Below, piece by piece: positions 35,241 to 43,426 of a DNA stretch of 53,108 nucleotides; position 1 is the stretch's first letter, and every line of letters starts with the position of its first letter. Source of the DNA: a virus. The notes beneath the pieces are model-generated. The model was not told where the DNA came from. It saw only the letters and a program-made list of their open reading frames with translations, and did not search any database. The stretch lies in the IMG/VR virus record IMGVR_UViG_3300000271_000005, positions 1 through 53,108 of that record. The stretch is one strand, 5' to 3'. Position numbers and translations under genes: made by a program.

Positions 35241-35796
35241 CGTCGCCCCCCCAGAAGGTTTGCGATGGGTCGTTGATGCGCCTGGCCGGATAGGAGCCGC
35301 CGTTATCCCCGCTCCCGGCCACGAGCACCATTCCTGCGTAGCCGTCGTCGGCCGTCTGGTTATGTGCGGCAAGCATCAGACCGGGCAGCGGGGGCAGCAT
35401 CCAGCCGCTGCCGTAATCGTCGCGCCGCTTCAGAAGGTCTCCGACCATGGACTTATATCGAGCTTCCAGGCGGTCGTAGTAGCTCGCAGCGTTGACCGTG
35501 GTTCCGCGACCGAAGTCCACGTCCAGGATCTTCATCACGCCCTGGATCTCGCATAGGGTCCTAAGAACCTCGCGCGTCGGGCGATCGGGTAAATTCTTGA
35601 ACGCGGTGCCGTCGGCGGTTTGGAACGGAGCTGCATAGCGAGGCGAAAGGTCCATCTCGACCTGCCCCTCGCCCTCGTTGATGAGGCGCTGAGCCAGTGC
35701 CAGGGACATTTCATTTTCTTTTTTCGGATCATCCGTAAATCGGACCTTTCCGACCAGGCGGATGCGTATGTCTTCAATTGAAATGTATCGTGGCAT
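35227..35796 (-). CDS. Head-tail connector protein, Mu gp36 / DUF1320-like
   Basis: N-terminus MPRYISIEDIRIRL and its position after the capsid genes. Confidence 0.5.
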   Translation of the reverse strand: MPRYISIEDIRIRLVGKVRFTDDPKKENEMSLALAQRLINEGEGQVEMDLSPRYAAPFQTADGTAFKNLPDRPTREVLRTLCEIQGVMKILDVDFGRGTTVNAASYYDRLEARYKSMVGDLLKRRDDYGSGWMLPPLPGLMLAAHNQTADDGYAGMVLVAGSGDNGGSYPARRINDPSQTFWGGDDDGS

Positions 35797-35808
35797 GGCA
35801 GACCCCCT

Positions 35809-36084
35809 TTAGTTGACCCGCTCGGCGCGCTTATAGCGGTGGCGGTTCGCTTCGGCGAATGAGTCCGAGTGTTCGCCCGATACGGCAAAGCCGCCCGTGA
35901 AAAGGCGATCTGCGAACTCCTTGGCCTCGTCTTCACTGACCTCGACGATCTGTCCTGGGGGCACAGAAACCTTGTCGTTGCCCTTGGCTACGAGGATCGG
36001 CATCAGAGTCTTGATTTTGACGAGTTTGGGAGTGGCGGGAGCAGCTGCCTGCATTTTGCTGATGTCGCTTTGTGCTTGGGTCAT
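35809..36084 (-). CDS. Hypothetical head-associated protein
   Basis: 91-aa ORF downstream of the capsid gene. Confidence 0.45.
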   Translation of the reverse strand: MTQAQSDISKMQAAAPATPKLVKIKTLMPILVAKGNDKVSVPPGQIVEVSEDEAKEFADRLFTGGFAVSGEHSDSFAEANRHRYKRAERVN

Positions 36085-36200
36085 TTAAAAAATCCTCCGG
36101 ATAGGTGTTTAGGAACGACGGCAAGGGGCTGATTCCGGCAGCCCCCGGCCGTCTCTATAGCAAAGATCCCGGTCCTCCCTCAAAGCCCGGGATCAAGCCG

Positions 36201-37283
36201 TCAGGAAACAACTTTTGCGGTCAGAACGTCGAAACCGCGATCGAGCTTCACGCCGCCGTAGACGCCGCCGATGAGATCGAGGTAGGGGTTGCCTGGTCCG
36301 CCTTTGGAGCCGGGCGTGGTGTTGTCTTCGATCACCAGGAACTTGCCGAAGCCCGGAGAGTCGATCGACCCTGCTGCGAGGTGAATCGTCTGCATGAACT
36401 CGCCGATGACGTCGTTGCCTGGCAGCGAGCACTCGAAGAAGATGTAGCCGTCTGGGATAAAGTACGTGGCGTCCGACACCAGAATGCGGCCGTTGGTGAC
36501 GGATTCAGTCTGGTACCAGCCGTTGTAGACCGTAACCGAGGGCAGACCTGGGATCAGGAACTGCAGCGTTTTGTTCAGGTCGTACTCGCCGATTGCTGGG
36601 TTCGCGCCGTAGCTCGTGAGGTATGCGCGGGTATTGGTGTTGTCGAGGATCCAGCGCGCGGTGTTACCGTTCATAACGATGCCGGTGATCGTGTACTTAC
36701 GGAACGCGCTCAGGCCGCCCATGATCCAGTAGCGGAGGTCGCGGATTGGGTCGGCGGAGTTGTTGGCGTTCAGGCCATCGGAAGACCAGACGGCGCCGGT
36801 GGGCACTGCGCGGTTGCCGGATGGAATGCCGAAGCTGATCGTCTTGTTCATGTAGCTAAAGCCACCGTTGAAGATCGTGTCCCAACGCTGCTTTTCGATA
36901 CGGGCCTCGATACGGCGGTTCAGCCGGTCGATGTCCTTGTCGATATACTGCTGGATGCCGCGGACGTTGCGTCCGTTGTTGCCCAGCTGGCGCAGGAAGA
37001 GGATTCGCTCTTCGTCGTAGTGGACAGCTTCCTTGTAATACGCGGGCTGGTATTCCTGCACGCGCGAGCCGAAGCTCTGGATGTACTGCGGGTTTGTGCC
37101 TGGGCGGTGTTCGTTCGTCAGGCCGCCAGTGGCTTCGATCACTTCCGTGCGAACCTTGTTAACGGGTAAAGCAACCGAAGGCAGGTACTTCGATCCCATG
37201 TAGGTCGAAGGATCGTTGACGACCTCGTTTACCAGTTTCTGGATTACCTCGGTATACTCGTTGCTGAAAAACTCGTTAGCCAT
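36201..37283 (-). CDS. Major capsid protein
   Basis: 360 aa, positioned after the decoration and scaffold genes. The sequence pattern resembles lambda-E-type capsid proteins. Confidence 0.75.
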   Translation of the reverse strand: MANEFFSNEYTEVIQKLVNEVVNDPSTYMGSKYLPSVALPVNKVRTEVIEATGGLTNEHRPGTNPQYIQSFGSRVQEYQPAYYKEAVHYDEERILFLRQLGNNGRNVRGIQQYIDKDIDRLNRRIEARIEKQRWDTIFNGGFSYMNKTISFGIPSGNRAVPTGAVWSSDGLNANNSADPIRDLRYWIMGGLSAFRKYTITGIVMNGNTARWILDNTNTRAYLTSYGANPAIGEYDLNKTLQFLIPGLPSVTVYNGWYQTESVTNGRILVSDATYFIPDGYIFFECSLPGNDVIGEFMQTIHLAAGSIDSPGFGKFLVIEDNTTPGSKGGPGNPYLDLIGGVYGGVKLDRGFDVLTAKVVS

Positions 37284-37342
37284 TCTCGTGGGCCTCCTAA
37301 AGATGGATTAAGTATGGTTGGTTGTTCATGAGCCCACGGGGC

Positions 37343-37753
37343 TTAGAACAGAACGAGATCGTCTCCTGTGGTGCCTTTCACAACGCGGCCCTTGAGGTCT
37401 GTCAGGGCGTTGGCGTCGTATCCGGTCAGGTTGTCTTTGTAGACTGCGCAGCCGCCGAAGATACCTACGGCGGTCGTCGTGCTGGTTGCAGCTGTTCCGT
37501 CGAAGTCCTCAGCCGCGTGCGCTTCGAACAGGACGCAGGCAGCGGTATTGATGCCGGACGCCCCGGCGTCGTCGTACGCCTGATAAAGTCCGTCGGTGGT
37601 ATTGCGGGCCAGAACGGTTCCTGCGGTGTAACCGCCCGACTGATACTTCAGGCGCAGACCAATGAGGACCGCTGACGAGCGGTTCATGGCGATGACGAGC
37701 GGCTGATCGAAGCGGAAGATGGAACTCTTGAAATTTACGTCTACTGATGCCAT
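37343..37753 (-). CDS. Head decoration-like protein
   Basis: 136 aa, immediately upstream of the capsid gene. Confidence 0.45.
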   Translation of the reverse strand: MASVDVNFKSSIFRFDQPLVIAMNRSSAVLIGLRLKYQSGGYTAGTVLARNTTDGLYQAYDDAGASGINTAACVLFEAHAAEDFDGTAATSTTTAVGIFGGCAVYKDNLTGYDANALTDLKGRVVKGTTGDDLVLF

Positions 37754-37781
37754 GCGGCGTACTCCTAATCCGGTGTTAAAA

Positions 37782-39437
37782 TTATTCGCCAGCGGCGAGG
37801 CTTGCGGCCAGCCCCATGGCTTCGTCGAACTTGCTTGATAGTTCTGTCAGGTCAGCTTGCAGCGCGGCCAGCTGGGTCATGGACTCCTCGTGCATCGTGG
37901 GTTCAGCCAGGCCGTAGGCGCCGAGGCGCTTATAGCTTTCGATGAAGCCCTTGAGGCGCGCTTTTGCGTCGGGGATCTTCCCGCCGTCGAGCATGCTGCA
38001 GATTTCGTTGTAATCGGCCTCCATCGAGGCGATGTCCGCGGTCGGGAGTTCGATTTGCTGGGACATGGCGAGGCGTTTATCGCTGAAGGACGGCGCTTTG
38101 TTTTCGCCGTCTTCCTTCACTGTGCTGGCGAGCAGGCTCATGTTTTTGCGGGTTTCGGCTTCGAGGCGCGACATGCTTTTGGCTTGATTGCCGGCGCGTT
38201 CGATTTCCTTCAGGCTCATGGCTTTCATGGAGCCCAACTGTCCGGCCATGATCACGGGCTGGCGATCTTCGTAGGTCTTCAGGACTGCGTCGATTGCCTC
38301 CTGGGATTTTCCAGCCAGCTCCTTGACGTTGACCTTTTTAACTTCGGCCGGGGTAATGCGGCCCGAGGCGCGGATTGCTGAGAGGCGAGAGCCTACGGCA
38401 GCGGCCTTGGCGGCGAGGCTTGCTGCATCACGCTTAGCGCGAAAGTCAGCGCCGAGGCGAGTAATTGTTTCTTTGGCTGCCGACATTTTCTTGTCGTGCT
38501 CTTTTTTCTTTTCTTCTTCTTCCTCAGCCAGCTTTTTCTTGTCCTCGTCGTCATCGTCGCCGGACATTTCCTTTTTTTCTTCGTCCTTTTCAGCCTCTTC
38601 AGCCAGCTTTTTCAGCTCCTCCTCGTTTTCTTCCTCGGCAAGCTTGTTCATTTTTTCTTCGACCTGCTCGTCGCTCATTTTCTTTTTGAGCTTGAGATAC
38701 TTGCGAAGACGCTGGTAGAGAGCTAGTTTCATGATTGATTCCTTATCTGTTCTTGAGAAGTTCCAGACGATTTTTGCATTCCCACCTGCTTTGATATAGC
38801 GATCGACAACTTCTTGAATGAAGGCCGATTGAGGGGATTTTGTGATTTTTCTGAACTCGTCGAATGAATATCGGATCACGCTTCCGTTGGGTTGCTTGAC
38901 TTCGATATACCCCTCTGATGCTAGTCGAGCGGATAGAAGGCTAGCCTTCTCTGCCGCCGGGAAAGGCGTGACAGTCAGCTCGTCGAGCTTGCCGTCTTCG
39001 AAATTGGCTCCGATGGAGAGCGTCGACCAGCGTCCGTCGAGAACGCGCTCGACGTTATCGCGACCGAGGAAACGCACGTGGCCGTAGAGGGCTTTGCGCG
39101 TCTTGCCGTCCTCGTCCGTCCAGTCTTCGACTGTGAGATCGGTATTTTCAAGGCGCCCAACGGTATCGCGTGCGCTGCGGGTGTGATCGAGCTGGACTGG
39201 GGGAAGGTTTCCGACTGATACGTTACCTAGGGCGAGGCGCTTGAGCTTGGCAAGCTTGCCGTTGTATGCGTTGCAGATCTTTTGGAGATGTTCTTCCTTA
39301 ACGCTGACCGGGCCGTCCATTGATTCGAAGTCGCCGCAGTAGACGAGCCTCGCCCGCTTGGTCAGCTGAGTGGGTATCTCGCCGGACAGGGGTTCTGAAT
39401 ACTCAATAAATCCAGAATTGCTTAGTCGCACTAGCAT
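37782..39437 (-). CDS. Mu gpI-like prohead protease / scaffold protein
   Basis: The N-terminal region (..GDFESMDGPVSVKEEHL..PPVQLDHTRS..) resembles Mu I. The centre is an E/K-rich low-complexity coiled coil. Confidence 0.5.
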   Translation of the reverse strand: MLVRLSNSGFIEYSEPLSGEIPTQLTKRARLVYCGDFESMDGPVSVKEEHLQKICNAYNGKLAKLKRLALGNVSVGNLPPVQLDHTRSARDTVGRLENTDLTVEDWTDEDGKTRKALYGHVRFLGRDNVERVLDGRWSTLSIGANFEDGKLDELTVTPFPAAEKASLLSARLASEGYIEVKQPNGSVIRYSFDEFRKITKSPQSAFIQEVVDRYIKAGGNAKIVWNFSRTDKESIMKLALYQRLRKYLKLKKKMSDEQVEEKMNKLAEEENEEELKKLAEEAEKDEEKKEMSGDDDDEDKKKLAEEEEEKKKEHDKKMSAAKETITRLGADFRAKRDAASLAAKAAAVGSRLSAIRASGRITPAEVKKVNVKELAGKSQEAIDAVLKTYEDRQPVIMAGQLGSMKAMSLKEIERAGNQAKSMSRLEAETRKNMSLLASTVKEDGENKAPSFSDKRLAMSQQIELPTADIASMEADYNEICSMLDGGKIPDAKARLKGFIESYKRLGAYGLAEPTMHEESMTQLAALQADLTELSSKFDEAMGLAASLAAGE

Positions 39438-39464
39438 CAGGTTTATGCTCCGGTCGGTGAATTT

Positions 39465-40430
39465 TTAACGGCCTTCCCACTCGGGCGGCAGCGACTTGCA
39501 TTTGCGATTGCGCCGGCGCCGTGCGGGGTCGTCGATCAGCTTTTTGTGCGTTGGGTTGAGTTCGGTCAACGGGAGAAGCTCGCTCCTGCAATTCCAATGC
39601 ACGGGCGGCTGTTCTTTTTTTAGCAGAGGGTCATCCTTAGCATATACCAGACCGTGACGGGATTTACACCACTCTGTTGTCCGGTGGTCGCGGATGGCCA
39701 TAAAAAGATAGTGGGAAACGTCGGGGGACTTGTCGAAAACTGCCCTGCGCGTCTTGTTATAATAGTAGGTCGTCTCGGTCTCGACGATCATCTTGGCCCG
39801 CACATAGCCGACGTCGGCGCCCTTCATTATCGCGGCGACGGCCTCGGTTCGCACGGCAACCTCACCGGATCGAAACTTGTCGCCGTGCTTCACCCACTCG
39901 GCCTGCACGCGGTGCAGATAGGCTTTCTTCACGCGCTCGGCGATGGCTCTCTGGCGCGGAGGAATGTATTTTTTCTTCCTGAACTTATCCCAGAGTATGC
40001 GCAGCGCCCGAAAGCTGGTGGGGACCGAGGCGCGGGGTGGAGCTTTCGATTTCGCAAGGCGGGCTTCTTCAGGTTCGGGCAAAAAGTCGACGCTGTCGTC
40101 GAGGGCCTTTTGCATAACGTCGAGGCTGTGCTCCATGGCAATCTTCGTGAAATCCACGTAGGCGAGATCGAGCTGGCCCGTCCTCTGGGCTTTATCGATG
40201 ATCCATTCCGTCAGGGATTTCAGCTCGTCGAGCCAGATTTTCCGCCATTTTGATTCGACGGAATCCAGGTCCTTCGCCGCGAGCAGGATGCGGGAGGATC
40301 TTACGGGGCCGTATATTGCCGTGAGTTGTGATGCCGTATCACTCTTGCAGTGGCCCGCAAGGCGATTTTGCAATACGATCCCTGGCACAAAGCACTCGTT
40401 ATGGAGAAGCGTTGCTATGGAACTTACCAA
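39465..40430 (-). CDS. Head morphogenesis protein, Mu gpF / SPP1 gp7 family
   Basis: The C-terminal PPVHWNCRSELLPLT motif and preceding conserved blocks. The true start is uncertain (the track start is TTG). Confidence 0.7.
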   Translation of the reverse strand: MVSSIATLLHNECFVPGIVLQNRLAGHCKSDTASQLTAIYGPVRSSRILLAAKDLDSVESKWRKIWLDELKSLTEWIIDKAQRTGQLDLAYVDFTKIAMEHSLDVMQKALDDSVDFLPEPEEARLAKSKAPPRASVPTSFRALRILWDKFRKKKYIPPRQRAIAERVKKAYLHRVQAEWVKHGDKFRSGEVAVRTEAVAAIMKGADVGYVRAKMIVETETTYYYNKTRRAVFDKSPDVSHYLFMAIRDHRTTEWCKSRHGLVYAKDDPLLKKEQPPVHWNCRSELLPLTELNPTHKKLIDDPARRRRNRKCKSLPPEWEGR

Positions 40431-40944
40431 ACTACACTTGGGATGTGGACCGCATATTTTTCCGGGGTGGAAAAACTACGACCTGGAGCCCGGTCCTGGC
40501 GGCATCAAATGCGACCTCTCGCGCGCGCTGCCGATCGACTCGGCGTCGGTTGATTTCATATTCAGCGAGCACTTTATCGAGCACCTTAGCCGCGATCAGG
40601 GGGCTGCGTTTTTGAGGGAGTGTTATCGCGTTCTGAAGCCAGGCGGCGTGATCAGGATCTCAACGCCCGACCTCCTCCAGCTCATATACTGCTACCTGAA
40701 CGACATTATAACCGACTGGGCCCCGACGTGGGCGCCGAGGACCCCTGCCCGGCTCGTCAACGAGGGCATGCGGCTGTGGGGCCACCAGTTTATCTACGAC
40801 GGCGACGAGCTGAGCCTGGCTCTGACCGAGGCTGGCTTTAAATCCATTGCGGGCTGGGACTGGCGCGATAGCGATCATGCAGACCTGAAAAATCTCGAGG
40901 TCCGGCCGTATATCGGCGATTTGATCCTGGAGGCTATGAAGTGA
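40417..40944 (+). CDS. Class I SAM-dependent methyltransferase (Methyltransf_11/23-like)
   Basis: LHLGCGPHIFPGWKNYD (motif I) and LKPGGVIRISTPD. The ATG at 40417 is preferred over the track start. Confidence 0.7.
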   Translation: MELTKLHLGCGPHIFPGWKNYDLEPGPGGIKCDLSRALPIDSASVDFIFSEHFIEHLSRDQGAAFLRECYRVLKPGGVIRISTPDLLQLIYCYLNDIITDWAPTWAPRTPARLVNEGMRLWGHQFIYDGDELSLALTEAGFKSIAGWDWRDSDHADLKNLEVRPYIGDLILEAMK

Positions 40945-41759
40945 CCCATCTGATATTCGGTTCGGGCAACCTGGCCCTGGCGCTGGAGCATGCCCTTGAG
41001 GAGCGCCGCATTCCGGTCTCGCGCGTGGCGTTCGAGGCTATCGACAGCTGGCAGCTGGATATCGAGTTCCCTGATCTGCGGCATTACGATGTGGTCTGGC
41101 ACTGCACCGGGGGGCGGACGTCGCACGCGCGGGAATCGGCCGAGCGGAGCTTCAAGCACAACGTCGACATACCAAGGCGCATGCTGAACTCTGCAGAGAT
41201 GACGCGATTGGTATTTTTCTCCACGCTGGAATGTGCCCACCCCGAGTATCCGACGCGGCCTCACATGCGGCAGCCGGAGCCCCTTTCGGAGTGGCAGAGG
41301 CAGAAGCTTGCGCTGGAGGGGTCTATCATCGCCCTGGATCGGCCCAATACGGCCTTCGTGAGGCTGGGGTCACTCTACAGCGATTCGCTGCCAGAGCAGA
41401 CGTTCCCCGGCCGACTCCTGAGGGGCGACTGGGTGGCGGACGCCTCGCTTTCGTTGCCCATGAACGAGGTCGTGCCGACGCCGGCCGAGTGGGCTGCAGA
41501 AAAGCTGATTCAGGCGATGGACAGGAACCTCTGGAATGCGTCAACATACACATGCCATCATCTCGCTCCGCTCGGCTCGATAGCTGCTTTCGACTGGGCG
41601 AAGATGATCCTGGGGCCAGCGCGTTATTTCGAGAAGGTCGTCTGGGATCACACGCGGCCACGCGTCACGCAGGGGGGAAGCTCGCTCGACGTGGCAGACG
41701 ATCACTGGTCGATTCTTTGGCTTTCGCACTTCAACCGCTCGTCCTATCTGGTCGAGTAG
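40941..41759 (+). CDS. NAD(P)-binding Rossmann protein, RmlD/extended-SDR-like sugar reductase/epimerase
   Basis: N-terminal IFGSGNLA glycine motif and a length and layout like dTDP-4-dehydrorhamnose reductases. ATGA overlap with the methyltransferase. Confidence 0.45.
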   Translation: MTHLIFGSGNLALALEHALEERRIPVSRVAFEAIDSWQLDIEFPDLRHYDVVWHCTGGRTSHARESAERSFKHNVDIPRRMLNSAEMTRLVFFSTLECAHPEYPTRPHMRQPEPLSEWQRQKLALEGSIIALDRPNTAFVRLGSLYSDSLPEQTFPGRLLRGDWVADASLSLPMNEVVPTPAEWAAEKLIQAMDRNLWNASTYTCHHLAPLGSIAAFDWAKMILGPARYFEKVVWDHTRPRVTQGGSSLDVADDHWSILWLSHFNRSSYLVE

Positions 41760-41785
41760 TCTCCGAGTCCTAATTGCATATTAAT

Positions 41786-41820
41786 GGCGAGCGTGGCGTC
41801 TGTCGGCTCGCCTGTTTTCG
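41786..41820 (+). terminator. Rho-independent terminator after the plus-strand cassette
   Basis: GGCGAGC...GCTCGCC stem followed by TGTTTTCGTT. Confidence 0.5.
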
Positions 41821-41826
41821 TTGGGC

Positions 41827-41857
41827 AAAAAAAAACCCAGCCTCGGTATGGACTGGG
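41827..41857 (-). terminator. Rho-independent terminator after the portal gene
   Basis: Minus strand reads CCCAG...CTGGG followed by T9. Confidence 0.5.
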
Positions 41858-41908
41858 AGAACGAAGAAGTGGGTCTGTTTTCCATTGCCTGGCTCTCTTC
41901 ATCTGCCC

Positions 41909-43408
41909 CTAATTCATATCATCTTTTTCTTCGTCTTCGCCTTCCATTTCTGGTTTTTCGATTGGCTTGGTTCTGGGGACGAGCCCGATCTTTTCCCGGA
42001 TGGCGTTCAGGTCTTCAAGCTCATTGGTGTCGGCTACGCCCTTATCGATTGCTACCGCGAATATATTCATTTCTTTTTCGCGTTCCTCCTGCGTGAGCTC
42101 TCGCTTGGTGAACTCCCCGAAACCTTCCTTTTGCCACGCTTTATCTGGGAAATTGTACTGAATCAGCTGCCGGACGAGCTGATTGACCCAGGTTTGCTTG
42201 ACGCCCGAGTTCATGCCGTCGAGGATCTTCTCCCAGGTCTTGGCGTGCTCCTGGCCCAGGGCAAAGGATCCCGTGCCGTCGCCGTTGGTGAAAATTAGAC
42301 TTGGGACGAGCATGGCCCGCATGAAAGCCTTGTCGCATAGGGCTATGGCGCTCTCGAAGTCGCCCGCGTTGCTCTGCTGGCTGATCGTCTGGATATCGTA
42401 GATCTGCCCCTTCTTGCCGGGCAGGATGACTGTGCTGTCGTTGTGGATGTTGGCGAAAGCCTTTGCTGCTGCGACGTCTGCCCGCACCCCTACGGTTGCA
42501 TTGCCCCTGACGTTGGAGCCCTGATACCTCGATTCGTCGATTGTGCTGGCGTTGGGATCGGCAAAGACCACGTTCAGCGGGGTGCCCTTGCGGTCGAGGG
42601 CGACGCTCAGCATCTTCAGGAACGCATCCTTCATGACCCACCACTTGTAGCAGCGCCTTAGGAGCGAGCGGCCGTAGGGGTTTCCAAACTGTCCAGGAGC
42701 CCTGTTGCTGTACACAAGGCACTTATCCTTCGGTATTCGTATGCTGAGATAGCTGTAGCTGTTTGCAGAACGGATAGGGAAAGGAAAGTCACCGAGCCGC
42801 GCGTAAGGGTCGGGCTGACCCATACTGTTTGAACTGAATCCGAACAGGTACGACGCTCCATAGCCGAGCTGGGCCGGGTTATAGTTTCGCTGGTATTGAA
42901 GGATTCCATCTGGCGTCAGCTCCCCTGTGCGCTCGGTTTCAAACAGGATGCTCGTCGGCGGAAGGCCCACAAGCTTTTTCGGCACGAAGCCGAGGTCGCT
43001 GTTCTGCCAGACGATCTCCTGCACGCTAAAGCCAGCCCATACGGCTTCTGTAGTGTCCTTGAGCGCGTTATAGAAGCCGCCCTCGATCTGATCCAGGGCC
43101 TTGTTGACGAACTTTGTGATCTCCTCGCTCGGGTGCTGATATTGACCCACGCGTGCTGCGAGGCAGGTTTGCAGGAAATCAACCCCGGCGCCGAGCGTTT
43201 CGTCGGTGTCGACCATTCGCTTGAACGTCTCGACGGACACGGTCGATGGGTTCTGGATGAACTTATAAAACTGGCTGAAGAGCGCCGGTATATTGGTACC
43301 GCGCTGCGCTTCGAGGTCTTTTTCTGTCTTAATTTCGGCGTGAACAGCGTACAGCATTTCGTCGAGGGAGTCGTTTGATTCGGAGACAGGGTCTGGCATT
43401 CTGACCAT
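41909..43408 (-). CDS. Portal protein (Mu gp29/DUF935-like)
   Basis: 499 aa, immediately downstream of terL, with an acidic C-terminus. Confidence 0.75.
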   Translation of the reverse strand: MVRMPDPVSESNDSLDEMLYAVHAEIKTEKDLEAQRGTNIPALFSQFYKFIQNPSTVSVETFKRMVDTDETLGAGVDFLQTCLAARVGQYQHPSEEITKFVNKALDQIEGGFYNALKDTTEAVWAGFSVQEIVWQNSDLGFVPKKLVGLPPTSILFETERTGELTPDGILQYQRNYNPAQLGYGASYLFGFSSNSMGQPDPYARLGDFPFPIRSANSYSYLSIRIPKDKCLVYSNRAPGQFGNPYGRSLLRRCYKWWVMKDAFLKMLSVALDRKGTPLNVVFADPNASTIDESRYQGSNVRGNATVGVRADVAAAKAFANIHNDSTVILPGKKGQIYDIQTISQQSNAGDFESAIALCDKAFMRAMLVPSLIFTNGDGTGSFALGQEHAKTWEKILDGMNSGVKQTWVNQLVRQLIQYNFPDKAWQKEGFGEFTKRELTQEEREKEMNIFAVAIDKGVADTNELEDLNAIREKIGLVPRTKPIEKPEMEGEDEEKDDMN

Positions 43409-43426
43409 TGGTTTGGCGTCCTTCGT

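Noticed and set aside
36105-37169. 354-aa plus-strand ORF covering the major capsid gene region
   Set aside because: It is antisense to a well-supported capsid gene, has R/A/V/G-rich composition typical of shadow ORFs in GC-rich DNA, and has no SD. The same reasoning applies to 19013-20092, 34596-35276, 42896-43378, 43610-44224 and 49278-49901.
38460-38730. Highly repetitive GAA/AAG/GAG-rich DNA with several overlapping plus-strand F/S/L-rich ORFs
   Set aside because: This is the E/K-rich low-complexity coiled-coil segment of the gpI-like scaffold protein. It is not a CRISPR array or a regulatory tandem repeat, and the plus-strand ORFs are its antisense shadow.
40198-40416. N-terminal extensions of track ORFs (40198 for the methyltransferase; likewise 17347, 35372, 29935, 52647 and 6665)
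   Set aside because: The extensions overlap neighbouring genes and have junk composition. Each is followed by an internal start with a good SD that begins the recognisable domain.
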